From Anaeramoeba ignava BMAN (taxonomy: Eukaryota; Protista; Anaeramoebae): a stretch of DNA of 64,000 bases. The stretch is taken from positions 505,624-569,623 of the forward strand of contig JAPDFW010000060.1 of assembly GCA_028826165.1 (NCBI GenBank). The letters are read 5' to 3'. This document shows positions 24,438 through 36,075 of the stretch, piece by piece. Below the pieces are notes generated by a model. That model was not told where the DNA came from, searched no databases, and saw only the letters and a list, made by a program, of their open reading frames with translations. Numbering within the stretch: position 1 is the stretch's first letter; every line of letters begins with the position of its first letter. The translations under genes were made by a program, and so were the position numbers.

Positions 24438-26588
24438 ATGAGTATAACTCAATCAAAAAAACAAATTGACAAAACAAATGAAACTGAAAAAGTAAAACAC
24501 ACTGAAAAAACAAATGAAACAGAACAAACTCTCCAAACTTTACAAAAGAGCAAAAATAAAAGAATAGATGGTTATATTCCTGAACAATTTCCAAGAATTG
24601 TTGAAAAAGAAGGTCAAAAATTTTATTCTTGGAATTACAAACAAAATGGTGAAACAATTTATCGTTCAAATTTAGCTAAAGATGGTTTAATTTCAAAATG
24701 GAATGAATCAGTTTCAACTTTATATGAAAATCTTGAAGTAACAACAAAATCAGTTCCTGATAATCAACTTTTTGGAACAAGAAAATACAACAAAACAACT
24801 AAAAAATATGAAGATTATGAATGGAAAACTTATAAAGAATTTAGTGAAGAAAGAACTTATTTTGGAAGTGGATTAATTAATTATGGAATTAAAAAAGATG
24901 ATAGAATTGGAATATTTGCAAAAAACAGATATGAATGGGTTCTTACTGAACATTCTGCTTATGCTTATTCGTTTTTATTAGTTCCTTTATATCATACTTT
25001 TGGAATTCCAAATATTCTTTATATTATTAATCATTCAGAATGTAAAGTTGTTATTACTGAAATGAAGAATATTTCTAAATTAAAACAAATTTGTGAAGAA
25101 TTTAAAACATTAAAATCAATAATTGTTCTTGATGATCCTGAAGAAGATATTGATAAATTTTTAGAAGAAAATGAAGATATCAAATTTCTTAATTCACATA
25201 ACATTAATATTTATAAATTCAATGAAATATTTGAATCAGGAAAACAAAAACAATATCCTCATCAACCAAATAAAGCTGATGATCTTTGTTCTTTAATTTA
25301 CACAAGTGGAACAACTTCACAACCCAAAGGAGTACTTATAACTCACAAAAATCTAATTTCAACAATTGCAGGATTTTATTATATTGGATATGATTTTTCT
25401 GATAATGAATCTTATTATAGCTACCTTCCATTAAGTCATATTTATGAAAGGGTAATACTCAATTCAATGATTGCAGTAAGTTCACGTGCTGGATTTTCTA
25501 GTGGAGATATTACAAAACTTGTTGAAGAGATGCAACTTGTTAAACCAACAATATTTATAGGAGTTCCACGTATCTATTCCAAAATTTATGATAAAGTTAC
25601 ACAAGGAATCAAAAAGAAAAGTATTTTCAGTCAATATCTTTTTCAAGTGGCATATGAAGCTAAAAAGAAAGCAATAGAAAATGGAGAATCATATGTATTA
25701 TGGGATAAATTAGTATTCAATAAAACAAAACAACTTCTTGGAGGGAAAATTCAGTTCATGCTCTCAGGAAGTGCAGCATTACTTCCTTTACATCAAGAAT
25801 TTTTCAAAATACTTTTCACTCCTCATTTTCCACAAGTATGGGGATTAACAGAAACAGCAGGAGGAGGAACACTTCAACATTATGAAGATACTATTTGTAA
25901 TGGAGTAGTTGGACCACCTATAGCCTGCTGTGAAATCAAACTTGAAAGTGTTCCTGAACTTAATTATAATGTTAATGATGAACCTAATCCAAGAGGAGAA
26001 CTTTTGGTTAGAGGACCAAGTGTTTTTAAAGGATATTATAAAAATCCAGAAGCAACAAATGAAGTTATTATTGATGGATGGTTTCATACAGGAGATATTG
26101 GAGAAGCACTTCCAAATGGACATCTTAAAGTTATTGATCGTAAAAAGGATATTTTCAAATTATCACAAGGAGAATATGTTGCACCTTATGCTCTTGAAGG
26201 TCTTTATTCAAATTCTCAATATGTTATGCAAGTTATGGTTTATGGAAATTCACAAGAAGATTATTTAATTGGAATTGCTGTTCCTGAAAAAGAAATTATT
26301 TTAGATTATTTCAAAAATGAAAAACAAGAAAATGAAAATTCAGAAGAATTTTTTCAAAGAATTTGTCAAGAAGAAAAAATCAAAGAATTAATTTTAAAAG
26401 ATATGGAAAAAATTGGAAGAGAAACTAATCGATTTGGATTTGAAATTATTAGAAATATTATTATTGAAACTGAACCATTTTCTATTGAAAATGAATTTAT
26501 TACAACAACAATGAAATTAAGAAGAAAAATTATTGAAAATCATTATAAAAAACAATTATTAGATTTATATTTAAATAAGTCTAATTAA
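24438..26588 (+). CDS. Long-chain acyl-CoA synthetase, copy 3
   Basis: 716 aa, same motifs as copy 1, with an altered N-terminus (MSITQSK plus extension). Confidence 0.95.
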   Translation: MSITQSKKQIDKTNETEKVKHTEKTNETEQTLQTLQKSKNKRIDGYIPEQFPRIVEKEGQKFYSWNYKQNGETIYRSNLAKDGLISKWNESVSTLYENLEVTTKSVPDNQLFGTRKYNKTTKKYEDYEWKTYKEFSEERTYFGSGLINYGIKKDDRIGIFAKNRYEWVLTEHSAYAYSFLLVPLYHTFGIPNILYIINHSECKVVITEMKNISKLKQICEEFKTLKSIIVLDDPEEDIDKFLEENEDIKFLNSHNINIYKFNEIFESGKQKQYPHQPNKADDLCSLIYTSGTTSQPKGVLITHKNLISTIAGFYYIGYDFSDNESYYSYLPLSHIYERVILNSMIAVSSRAGFSSGDITKLVEEMQLVKPTIFIGVPRIYSKIYDKVTQGIKKKSIFSQYLFQVAYEAKKKAIENGESYVLWDKLVFNKTKQLLGGKIQFMLSGSAALLPLHQEFFKILFTPHFPQVWGLTETAGGGTLQHYEDTICNGVVGPPIACCEIKLESVPELNYNVNDEPNPRGELLVRGPSVFKGYYKNPEATNEVIIDGWFHTGDIGEALPNGHLKVIDRKKDIFKLSQGEYVAPYALEGLYSNSQYVMQVMVYGNSQEDYLIGIAVPEKEIILDYFKNEKQENENSEEFFQRICQEEKIKELILKDMEKIGRETNRFGFEIIRNIIIETEPFSIENEFITTTMKLRRKIIENHYKKQLLDLYLNKSN

Positions 26589-26802
26589 TTAATCAATTTT
26601 AATTCCAATTTTAATTTCAATTTTAATTTCAATCTCAATTCCAATTCCAATTTTAATTCCAATTTTAATTTTAATTTTAATTTTAATTTTAATTTTAATT
26701 TTAATTTTAATTTTAATTTCAATTTTAATTTTAATAAAAAAAAACAAAAAAATTGTTTTGGAAAAATTTATTGTTCAATTCTAATGATTCTAAAAATTTG
26801 AT

Positions 26803-29800
26803 CTATTTTTCTTGTTTTGATTCTATTTTTTGTTTTGTTTTTGTTTTAAAAATTGAAAAATTAAAAATTGAAAATTTAAATTTTAATTTCAAACCCCATT
26901 TTGGAAAAACTCTTTTATAAAGACTCATACAAACTGTATCTTGATTACTTAAAACATCACTAAATAAGCATTTCATTAAACCATGAGTTCCTAAAAAAAT
27001 AATTAAAAAATTAAATAAGAATTAAAAAATTTATTAAAAATATTATTTTTAAATAATAAACCTAATGATTCCCTAATATGCCCAGATCTTCCATATTTTG
27101 TCCAAAGTTCAACTGGTTTAAAATAAAGAATGTCTTCAGGATTAAAAAACATATAACGAACAACCACACTTTTTTTATGAATTTTAAAAGGATTTCCTGT
27201 TAAAATATATCTTTTTATAATTAACCGATCAGGATCTGAATCAAAAAAGATACCATTTGCAACAAAAATACCAAAATTTTCATCTGAAAAAAAGAGTTTT
27301 TGATCATCATCATTATCAATATCATTATCAATATCATTATTATCAATATCATTTTGATTTTCATTTTGATTTTCATTTTGATTTTCATTTTGATTTTCTT
27401 CTTTCATTTTTTCATCATCTTCTTTTTCATCATCATTTTTGGATTTTAAAAACAATAAAACTGGTGGTGAACCATATGTTGGTTGTGCATAGACACTTGC
27501 AATAATAGCTCTTTCTGACTGAAGAAATCTTTCATATTTATATTTATCTCCAATTTTACTATCTTGAGAAAATATTGGTTTTGCGACAAAATTACGAAAT
27601 CCACATCGAAATAAAAGTTCTGTTTTGGATTCAATTGGTTTTGAATATGCTTGATGTTTTTGAATTGAAAAATGAATAACACTGATTTTGTTTTCATATT
27701 TAAACAACCCACAAATTATTAGTGGTGAAATTTTTGATAATGATTTATATGAATTAGATCCAAAATTTTTAATGTGAATTCTGATATAATTTCCAGATGA
27801 AACTGTTTGAGATTCTGAATTGTGTTGTTCAATTATAAGCTTTTGGGTTTTTGAAAAATTCTCAAATGAGAAAATGCGTGAATAATCAGTTGGCAAATTT
27901 TCTTTTGGATTCCAAGGTGAATTTGTAAAGGATTTTAAACCACGAAACCTAAAAAATAAATATAAATGAATTGAAAAAAATGAATTGAAAAAAATGAATT
28001 GAAAAAAATAATATTGAAATACTTTTGGAAACGTATTCTTGCTGGTTGTGTAAGTGGAGTATCAATTTCATCAGGAAATTCCATGTCTTCTTTAGCTCTT
28101 TCTTCCAAAAGAACTGGTTTTTTGGTATTTTGTTCAAATTCAAAGTTTTCATTAATATCAAATGATTCCAAAAGAGATTCAAACTCCTCATCTTTGATGT
28201 CATTTGATTGGGAATCAAGGAAATCTTGGTTTTCTTTATCAACAGAAGAAGGAACAAATTGCACCGAAAGTTGTTTGAATTGATTTGAAATATTATCTGT
28301 TAAATCAACAATTGGTGCTTCTGCTGATTTGATTTCTTCTTCTGTTGGCCAAGTCTGTTCATTCATCATAAAATCTTGTTCTTTTTCCGATTCAAGTGAT
28401 TCTTGAAGTGAAGGGTCTGGAAATAATGTGGATTGAATATCCTCTTGGTTTTGTTTTTCTTGTTGTTTTTCATGGTTTTTTTGTTTGGATAATAAAGGAT
28501 CGTTAAAAATCTCAATTTTTTCCATTTGATAATCACCAAAATCAGGAACATGAATTAGTCCATTAACATCCAATGATTTTCCTCTCAAATAACCAGAAAC
28601 TAAAAGTGTTCCAAATTCGTTTGATGAATAATTTTGGAAATCAATATTATCCACAAGCAAATAGGGTCTAATTTCCTTCCAATTCAAAGACTTAATTTTC
28701 ATGCTTGAAATTCGCCTTAAAAATGCATCAATTCCACTTTTATTTTGAATCCAATCAATTAAATCCTTAGGATTGTATTTTTGATGTTCATCCAGAGAAG
28801 AATTTGCAATAAATTGTTCCAACTCAAAATGCTCAATATTTGAGACTTTTACTTCTTGCGCAAAATGCGATTGAATGTGTTTGATTTGGAAATTTTTTGT
28901 TGTTTGTTGATCTTTAGAAGGAAATTTTGAAATGTTTTGAACCACACTGACAAAAGAAGGAAGGCCTTGTGCATGTAAAGCGCTTATTGAATGATTTCCG
29001 AAATTGTCAATTGCTTCACCTCCATCGCAAACAAACACGATTATATCTGATGTTTTTCCTACTTCTAGTATTGATGAAAGTGTTCTTTTTGCTTCAATGA
29101 TTGTGAAATTTTGTTTGTATTTGCCTGAATATACTGTCACTGGTGATTCTAAGGTGTTAGTTGTTTCATTGCAATAAATTTGTATTAATTCAGATAGTAT
29201 TTTTGTATTAGCCATATTATCTAATGGGATTAATCCCTTTTATTTGTGAATTAAAAAAAATTATTTATAAAATTATTTATAAAATTATTTATAAAATTAT
29301 TTATAAAATTATTTATAAAATTATTTATAAAATTATTTATAAAATTATTTATATAAAATTATTTATAAAATTATTTATAAAATTATTTATAAAATTATTT
29401 ATAAAATTATTTATAAAATTATTTATAAAATTATTTATAAAATTATTTATAAAATTATTTATAAAATTATTTATAAAATTATTTATAAAATTATTTATAA
29501 AATTATTTATAAAATTATTTATAAAATTAAATATAAAATTATTTATTAAATTATTTATTAAATTATTTATAAAATTAAATATAAAATTAAATATAAAATT
29601 AATTATAAAATTATTTATAAAATTAAATATAAAATTAATTATAAAATTATTTATAAAATTATTTATAAAATTATTTATAAAATTATTTATAAAATTAAAT
29701 ATAAAATTATTTATTAAATTACAAGAATTTTTGGAGGTGAACCTAAAACTCCTAATTTCCTTTTTTCTTGTATTGTTTTTTCTCTTTGATTTTTTCTTAT

Positions 29801-29983
29801 TTGGTGACGTGCATTTTTTCGAGATTCTTTTGTTTCCTTTATTCTTGTTTGATTTGATTGCGTTATAATATCTTTATTCTTTCTTCCTTTATTTTTCTTT
29901 TTTATTTCACCTTTTGTTCTAAATCTTGCTTTATTCTTTTTATTAACTTGTTTTAGTTTATTTTTATGGATAACTTTACTCAT
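26803..29983 (-). CDS. TSR1: Pre-40S ribosome assembly factor TSR1; exons 29983-29723, 29236-28023, 27948-27062, 26990-26803 (last may contain a short intron)
   Basis: [59 protein letters not shown]...[52 protein letters not shown]. Confidence 0.95.
29255..29720. repeat. Intronic 12-bp minisatellite (ATAAAATTATTT)n
   Basis: Fills TSR1 intron 29237-29722. Confidence 0.9.
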
Positions 29984-30080
29984 TATAAAAAATGAAAAAA
30001 TGAAAAAATGAAAAAATGAAAAAATGAAAAAATAATTTGTTTTTTTTATTTAAGAAAAAGAAAAAGAAATAAGAAAACAA

Positions 30081-30539
30081 TTATTTTCTTTTATTATGAT
30101 TTTTTTTAGGAGATTTTTTATGATTTTTTGAATGTGAATGTGTATTTGAATGTTTATGTGACTTTGACTTTGATTTTGACTTTGATTTTTGTGGATGTCG
30201 ATGTTGATTTCCTGTGTCATTGTTACTTGTGTTTTGATTTTGAAATTGATTTGGTTGATTTTGAAATTGATTTGGTTGATTTTGAAATTGATTTGGTTGA
30301 TTTTGAAATTGATTTGTTTGATTTTGAAATTGATTTTGTTGATTTGGAAATTGATTGTATTCATTTGGAAATTGATTTTGTTGATTTGGTTGATTTTTTT
30401 GTAATGTCATAAGAACTTGTTGTGCTTCTTGTTGAATTACGCTCTGAAATTGATTATATAAATTTATTCTTGCGTTTGATTCAGGTTGTTTTGGATAATA
30501 ATTAAAAGATTGATAAGCTAAACTTTGAAAATGAGACAT
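30081..30539 (-). CDS. Hypothetical 152-aa protein with QPNQFQN repeats and a basic tail
   Basis: ATG start with a non-repetitive N-terminal half and strand-appropriate TTTTCA elements upstream. No family recognised. Confidence 0.55.
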   Translation of the reverse strand: MSHFQSLAYQSFNYYPKQPESNARINLYNQFQSVIQQEAQQVLMTLQKNQPNQQNQFPNEYNQFPNQQNQFQNQTNQFQNQPNQFQNQPNQFQNQPNQFQNQNTSNNDTGNQHRHPQKSKSKSKSKSHKHSNTHSHSKNHKKSPKKNHNKRK

Positions 30540-30771
30540 TAAAAAATTAAAAAAATGAAAAAAAATGAAAAAAAAATTAAAAAAAAAAGGAAAAAAAAAA
30601 AGGAAAAAAAAAAATAAAAAAGAATTATTTTTTCTCCTTTTTAAATTATTATTTTTTCTCCTTTTGTTTTTTTTTTAATTAAATTATTTTTTTTTTCGAT
30701 TTTTCATTTTTCATTTTTTTAATTATTTTTTTTAAATTTTTTATTTGCCAAACAAATTTATTTATTCATTT

Positions 30772-33700
30772 ATGGATCCAACTTCACTTACTTATTATCT
30801 TTCACAACTTGGATATGATCGCAGAGAAATAAGAAAAGCTCTTCGAGAAACAAAATCGACAAATGTTGATGAGATTGTTATGTATATTAACAACTCCAAA
30901 TACGATGCGCAAAAGAAAAAAGATGATGAAGAACAAGAAAAGCAAAAACAATTAAAACTTGAAGAAGAAAAAAAGCAAAAAGAACAACTTGAAAAAGAGA
31001 ACCAAGAAAAAGAACAAAAAGAAAAAGAAAAAAAAGAACAAGAACAAAAAGAAAGAGAATTAAAAGAACAAAAAAAGAAAGAAGAAATTGCAAAAAAAAA
31101 GTTAGAACGTAAAAAGAAAAAGAAAAAACAATCTTATTCTGATTCTGATGATAATAAGGAATGGAATGATTCTAATTCTTATGAATATTCTGGAAATGAT
31201 TTAAGTGGTGATTCTGAGCAAGAAAATGAAAATGAAAATGAAAATGAAACTGTAAATCTATTTCGAATAATTTTTATTATAAAATTAAAATTCATTTATA
31301 AAATTAAAATTAAAATTAAAATTAAAATTAATATTAAAATTAAAATTAAAATTAAAATTAAAATTAAAATTAAAATTAAAATTAAAATTAATATTAAAAT
31401 TAGAATTAAAATTAAAATTAAAATTAAAATTAAAATTAAAATTAAAATTAATATTAATATTAATATTAAAATTAAAATTAAAATTAAAATTAATATTAAA
31501 ATTAATATTAAAATTAAAATTAAAATTAAAATTAATATTAAAATTAAAATTTAAATAAAAATTATAATTAATATTAAAATAATAGCTAAAACCAGAAGAT
31601 ACAGAAACACCAACACCTTATCCAAATGATTTTGAAAATGATGATGATGGATTAGATGTTTTAATAGCCGAAGAAAAAAAGAAAATTAAAACAAGTGTTT
31701 TAACTGAAGATGAATTAATTAGAAAACAAGAAAAATTAATTTCCAAAGTTTCAGAAATAATTGATAGAAATTATGAAGAAACACGTTTATTATTAAGAAA
31801 AAATCAATGGAATGAAGAAAAATTTCTTTCAAAGTAAAAAAATTGAATTAAAAATTAAAAATTAAAAATTGAATTTAAATTTAAATTTAAATTTAAATTT
31901 GAAAAGATATTTTGCTAATCCACAAACTACATGTCAAGAAGCTGGTATTAAATATACAGGAAAATCTACAAAAAAGAAAATATCTTCATTTATGTGTGGA
32001 ATTTGTGGAGAAGATTTTGAAGATAATCCTGATGAAATGTTTGCTTTAGATTGTGGACATGCATTTTGCAAAGATTGTTGGAGAAATTATTTAAATTTAA
32101 AGATTAAAGAAGCACAAGTACATTTAATTCAAAAAATAATTTAATTTAAGAAATAATTTAATTTAAGAAATAATTTAATTTAAGAAATAATTTAATTCAA
32201 AAAATAATTTAATTCAAAAAATAATTTAATTCAAAAAATAATTTAATTCAAGAAATAATTTAATTTAAATTAATTTAAAATAATTTAATTTAAGAAATAA
32301 TTTAATTTGAAATAATTTAAAATAATTTAATTTGAAATAATTTAAAATAATTTAATTTGAAATAATTTAATTCAAAAAATAATTTAATTTGAAATAATTT
32401 AAAATAATTTAATTTGAAATAATTTAATTCAAAAATTAATTCAAAAAATAAATCAATTTAATTTAATTCTAGGTTGGAGCAATTCCTTGTCCTGGTTTTA
32501 GATGTCAAAATAAAGTTAGTAGTGAAGTTATTCGATCAATTGTTACAGAAGGAACATTTAAACAATATATCCGTTTTCAAGCACATTCATTTGTAGAAGA
32601 AAATCCAGATGTAAAATGGTGTCCAGCACCAGGATGTGGAAGAGCTGTTCATCCATCTCAAGTACAATTTCATATGGTAAAATGTGATTGTGGACATCGT
32701 TATTGGTAATATATATAAAAATATATTTGAAATTTTAAAGAAAAAAAAAAGCAAAAAAAATTTTTTAATAAGAGGATTTGCTAATCCAAATATTTATTCT
32801 GGTTTTTCATCATAAAAAATCTTAATTTAAATTTTTTTCATTTAGTTTTGAATGCCAAGAAGAACCTCATGGTCCTGCAACTTGTCAACAAGTAGAGGAA
32901 TGGAAAAAAAGAATAAATGAAGGTAAAAAAGATACAGAAACAGATTCTTGGATGAATGAAAATACTAAACCATGTCCAAAATGCAAAGTGTTGATTGAAA
33001 AAAATGGAGGTTGCAAGTAAATAATTTCAAAATTAAATCAAAATTAAAAATTAAAAATTAAAAATTAAAAATTAAATTAATAGTCATATGACTTGCTACA
33101 AATGCCACTATGAATTTTGTTGGATTTGCTTAGATCCTTGGGCGGGTCATACTTCTTATTATACATGCCTTGCAAAAGGAACAGAAATTCTCATTTATAG
33201 AAATAATAAAATAGAAATTGAAAAAGTTGAAAATGTAAAAAATGGAGACTTACTTGTTGGAGATGATGAAACAAAAGGAACAAAAAATCAAAGATTGGTT
33301 TCAGATGTTTTTAGTCATTCTGGAAAATTATATCAAATAACTCAATCAAATGCTGATCCTTATTCTGTGAATGAACACCATCTTTTATCACTTAGATTAA
33401 CAAAAAACCCTCAAATTGTTCTTTTGCACAATGAAATATTCACAGAATTTAGCTGGATGATTGAATATTTTGATCCAAAAACTCATAATAGAAAGTATGT
33501 TTTGAATGATGTTTTTGAGAATGAAATTTGCCAAATGAGTCAGGAAAAAATGCAAAAATATTGGAAAAAGCAAGAATATTTTGATTCAGATGGAAGTTTT
33601 TTTGAAAAAGAATCAAAAGAATTGGGAATTAAATTGGATGCTAAAATGCTGAGGAAACTTCAAGAATCTTTTTATATTGTTTACAAGGAATTAAAGAGAA

Positions 33701-36075
33701 TGATTTTGAAAGGAAAAACTGCCGTTGCAGGAGATGTAATTGATATAAGTGTTCGTAATTATATTCATAAGAAAACAAATGAATGGAAAGAATTGCATAA
33801 AGGATTTCAAGTGAGTGGCTTTTGTGAAAAGCAAACAATATTGTTTGATCCTTATAGTTTTGCATTTGAATTGGCTTTATCGAAAGCAACCAACTTTCTT
33901 CCTGAAAATGTTGTTTATAACTCACCAGAAATACAAGCAAAGGCATTAGCAGGGTTAATGGATTCAATGGCACAAGAAGAAGATGGAGAAATTGTTTTCC
34001 ATTTCTCTGTTTTAGATCCATTGGTTGATGATGTTTGCTTCCTTTGCAAATCATTAGGATTAGTTTCCAAACAAGAACACTATTTTGATAAAAACCAAAA
34101 ATCAAGCAGAATTCAAGTCTCAATTTCAGGAAGAAAATTAAAAGAAATTCCAATCAGAAATTTTGAAATTAAAAATCTTAAATGCGAAGAAGAGAATCTG
34201 CAAGATATCGAAATTGATGAGGTTAAGTATAATGTTATTCACAAAGAAAGCGGAAAGAAAATATTTGCAGGAAAAAATCACTTGCTGGATTTGGTGTTTG
34301 AACCGAATGAAGCTATAAGATATTTAGTTGGTGTAAAAGACTCACAGAAAAGAATAAGAAAATTACAAGCATTTTCAGATGAAAAAGAAGTGGAAAAATT
34401 TGTGTCGTTAAAACAGAAAATGGAAGGAAATGGAAATTATGATAAGAATAATAACAAAAAGAATTTTCAATTAAAAGGCGAATCTTTTTATCAGCAAAAA
34501 TTGGAAGAAAAAGAAGGAAGTTTAGTAGTAATCACTTCGGAAAAGAATTTCCCAAACAATCTTATCAATAAAACCGAGTTTTCAAGTTATATTGCGATTG
34601 AAATACAGGAATATTTGAAACTCTCAACAGAACTCAAATCCACATTGAAGTCTTTTTACTACACAAAACAAAATGGTTTAAATTGTCAAATCAGAAAAGA
34701 AAAACGGGAAGAAATTCAAGTGCAAAAGAGTATAAATGGAGAAGGTAGATATTATGGAATAACAGTCGACGGAGATAAAAGATTTCTTTTGAAAGATTTC
34801 ACAGTAACACACAACTGCAATCGGTATGAAAAGGCAAAGGAAAACGAAGCAAAACTAAAGAAAGAACTCAATTACGATCGGGAAGATGAAAGGAGATACA
34901 ATCATCATTTCGACCGTTATCAGAACCACAGTCGGTCTTTGGAATTCGAGAACAGAATGCTTAAAAAGGTGTCACAAGACTTACAAAGAATGAAACCAAA
35001 AGACCCTAACTATCGACGAGTAACAACAATTCGAGACGCACTTGATGTTCTTATAGACAACAGATACTCACTCAAATATTCTTATGTGTTCGGATATTAC
35101 TGTCCAAGAGGAACGGTTCAGGATTTGTTTCTTTTCATGCAAACAGATCTGGAGAAATCAACAGAAGATCTTTCTCATTCGATTGAGCACTTACAAAAAG
35201 TAGACACAATTTACTTACAAAACTTAACAAAACTCGCAAGTTCACGAAGATATGCATTACTTGAGATCTTGACTGATATTGATAAGGATGGAAACATGAT
35301 TTACATCCCTGAACAAAAGAGTACAAATCGAACTCCAAATCAAAGCAGATGGGCAGAGGATGACGAGAAACCGCAAATAAAAGAAGAACCAATTGTTGAA
35401 GAAATTCAAACAAGAAGAATTTTACCAACACAACCAAGAACAAGAATATCACCAACACAACCAAGAACATCACCAACAAGAATATCACCAACACAAACAA
35501 GAACATCACCAACACAACCAAGAACAAGAATAACAACAACAACAACAACAAGATCAACAGCAACATCCACAGAATCAGTCAACCCAGATGCACTTGAACG
35601 ACAACTTCTGAACAATATCACATCGATATTTTCTCAACAACTTCCTCGAATGGAAAGATTAAGAACACAATTTTCTGATAGAAGAAATCCTCCGCCTCCT
35701 CCTCAAAACCCACCACCACCACCTCAAAACCCTATAAGACCTCCTCCCAATAATCCTTTCCAATTCCAACAACCCCCACCACCACCTCCCCGACAAAACA
35801 ATCCTCCTCCTCCTCAAAATGTTAGAAATCCTCCTCCACCTCCTCCACCTGATTTCTTTATTCCTGAAGATAATAACCAAAATCCTATTGCAAGATTCTT
35901 TCTTCAACCCAGATTCTGGGCAATTTTGGCTCAAGACGACCGTTTTTCTCAATATCTTACTGATAATGAATTTACAAGAAAAGTTGCCACAATAAGAAAT
36001 AATTTATCAACTTTGGATTCTTTTCTTGATGATCAAAGAATTATTCGTTTACTTGAAACTTTTGTTTGGAATTAA
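30772..36075 (+). CDS. Ariadne-type RBR E3 ubiquitin ligase (UBA, UBA-like, RING1, IBR, RING2 with intein, Ariadne, Pro-rich, STI1-like); exons 30772-31251, 31586-31833, 31907-32117, 32473-32705, 32846-33016, 33084-36075
   Basis: RING1 CGICGE...CGHAFCKDCWRNYL...CPGFRC; IBR WCPAPGC...CDCGHRYCFECQEEPHGPATC; RING2 [45 protein letters not shown]/CNRY; Ariadne domain RYNHHFDRYQNHSRS, LKYSYVFGYY, QTDLEKSTEDLS. Confidence 0.93.
33166..34815 (+). mobile_element. Intein (550 aa, VMA/Hint-type) with degenerate LAGLIDADG homing endonuclease
   Basis: Block A CLAKGTEIL; VENVKNGDLLVGDD; block B YSVNEHHLLSL; LAGLMDS and LVDDVCFLCKSLG endonuclease remnants; block F GRYYGITVDGDKRFLLKDF; block G VTHN followed by Cys+1. 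Removing it restores GHTSYYT-CNRY. Confidence 0.96.

Noticed and set aside
33166-34815. Hedgehog-type Hint domain or self-splicing intron instead of an intein
   Set aside because: The insert is in frame, ends in His-Asn before Cys, carries LAGLIDADG remnants, and its precise removal restores a conserved RING2 motif.
33641-35952. Antisense ORFs overlapping the intein and Ariadne C-terminus (similar ones overlap the LACS, AAA and NEF1-like genes)
   Set aside because: They are shadow ORFs of the real coding strand with no motifs of their own.
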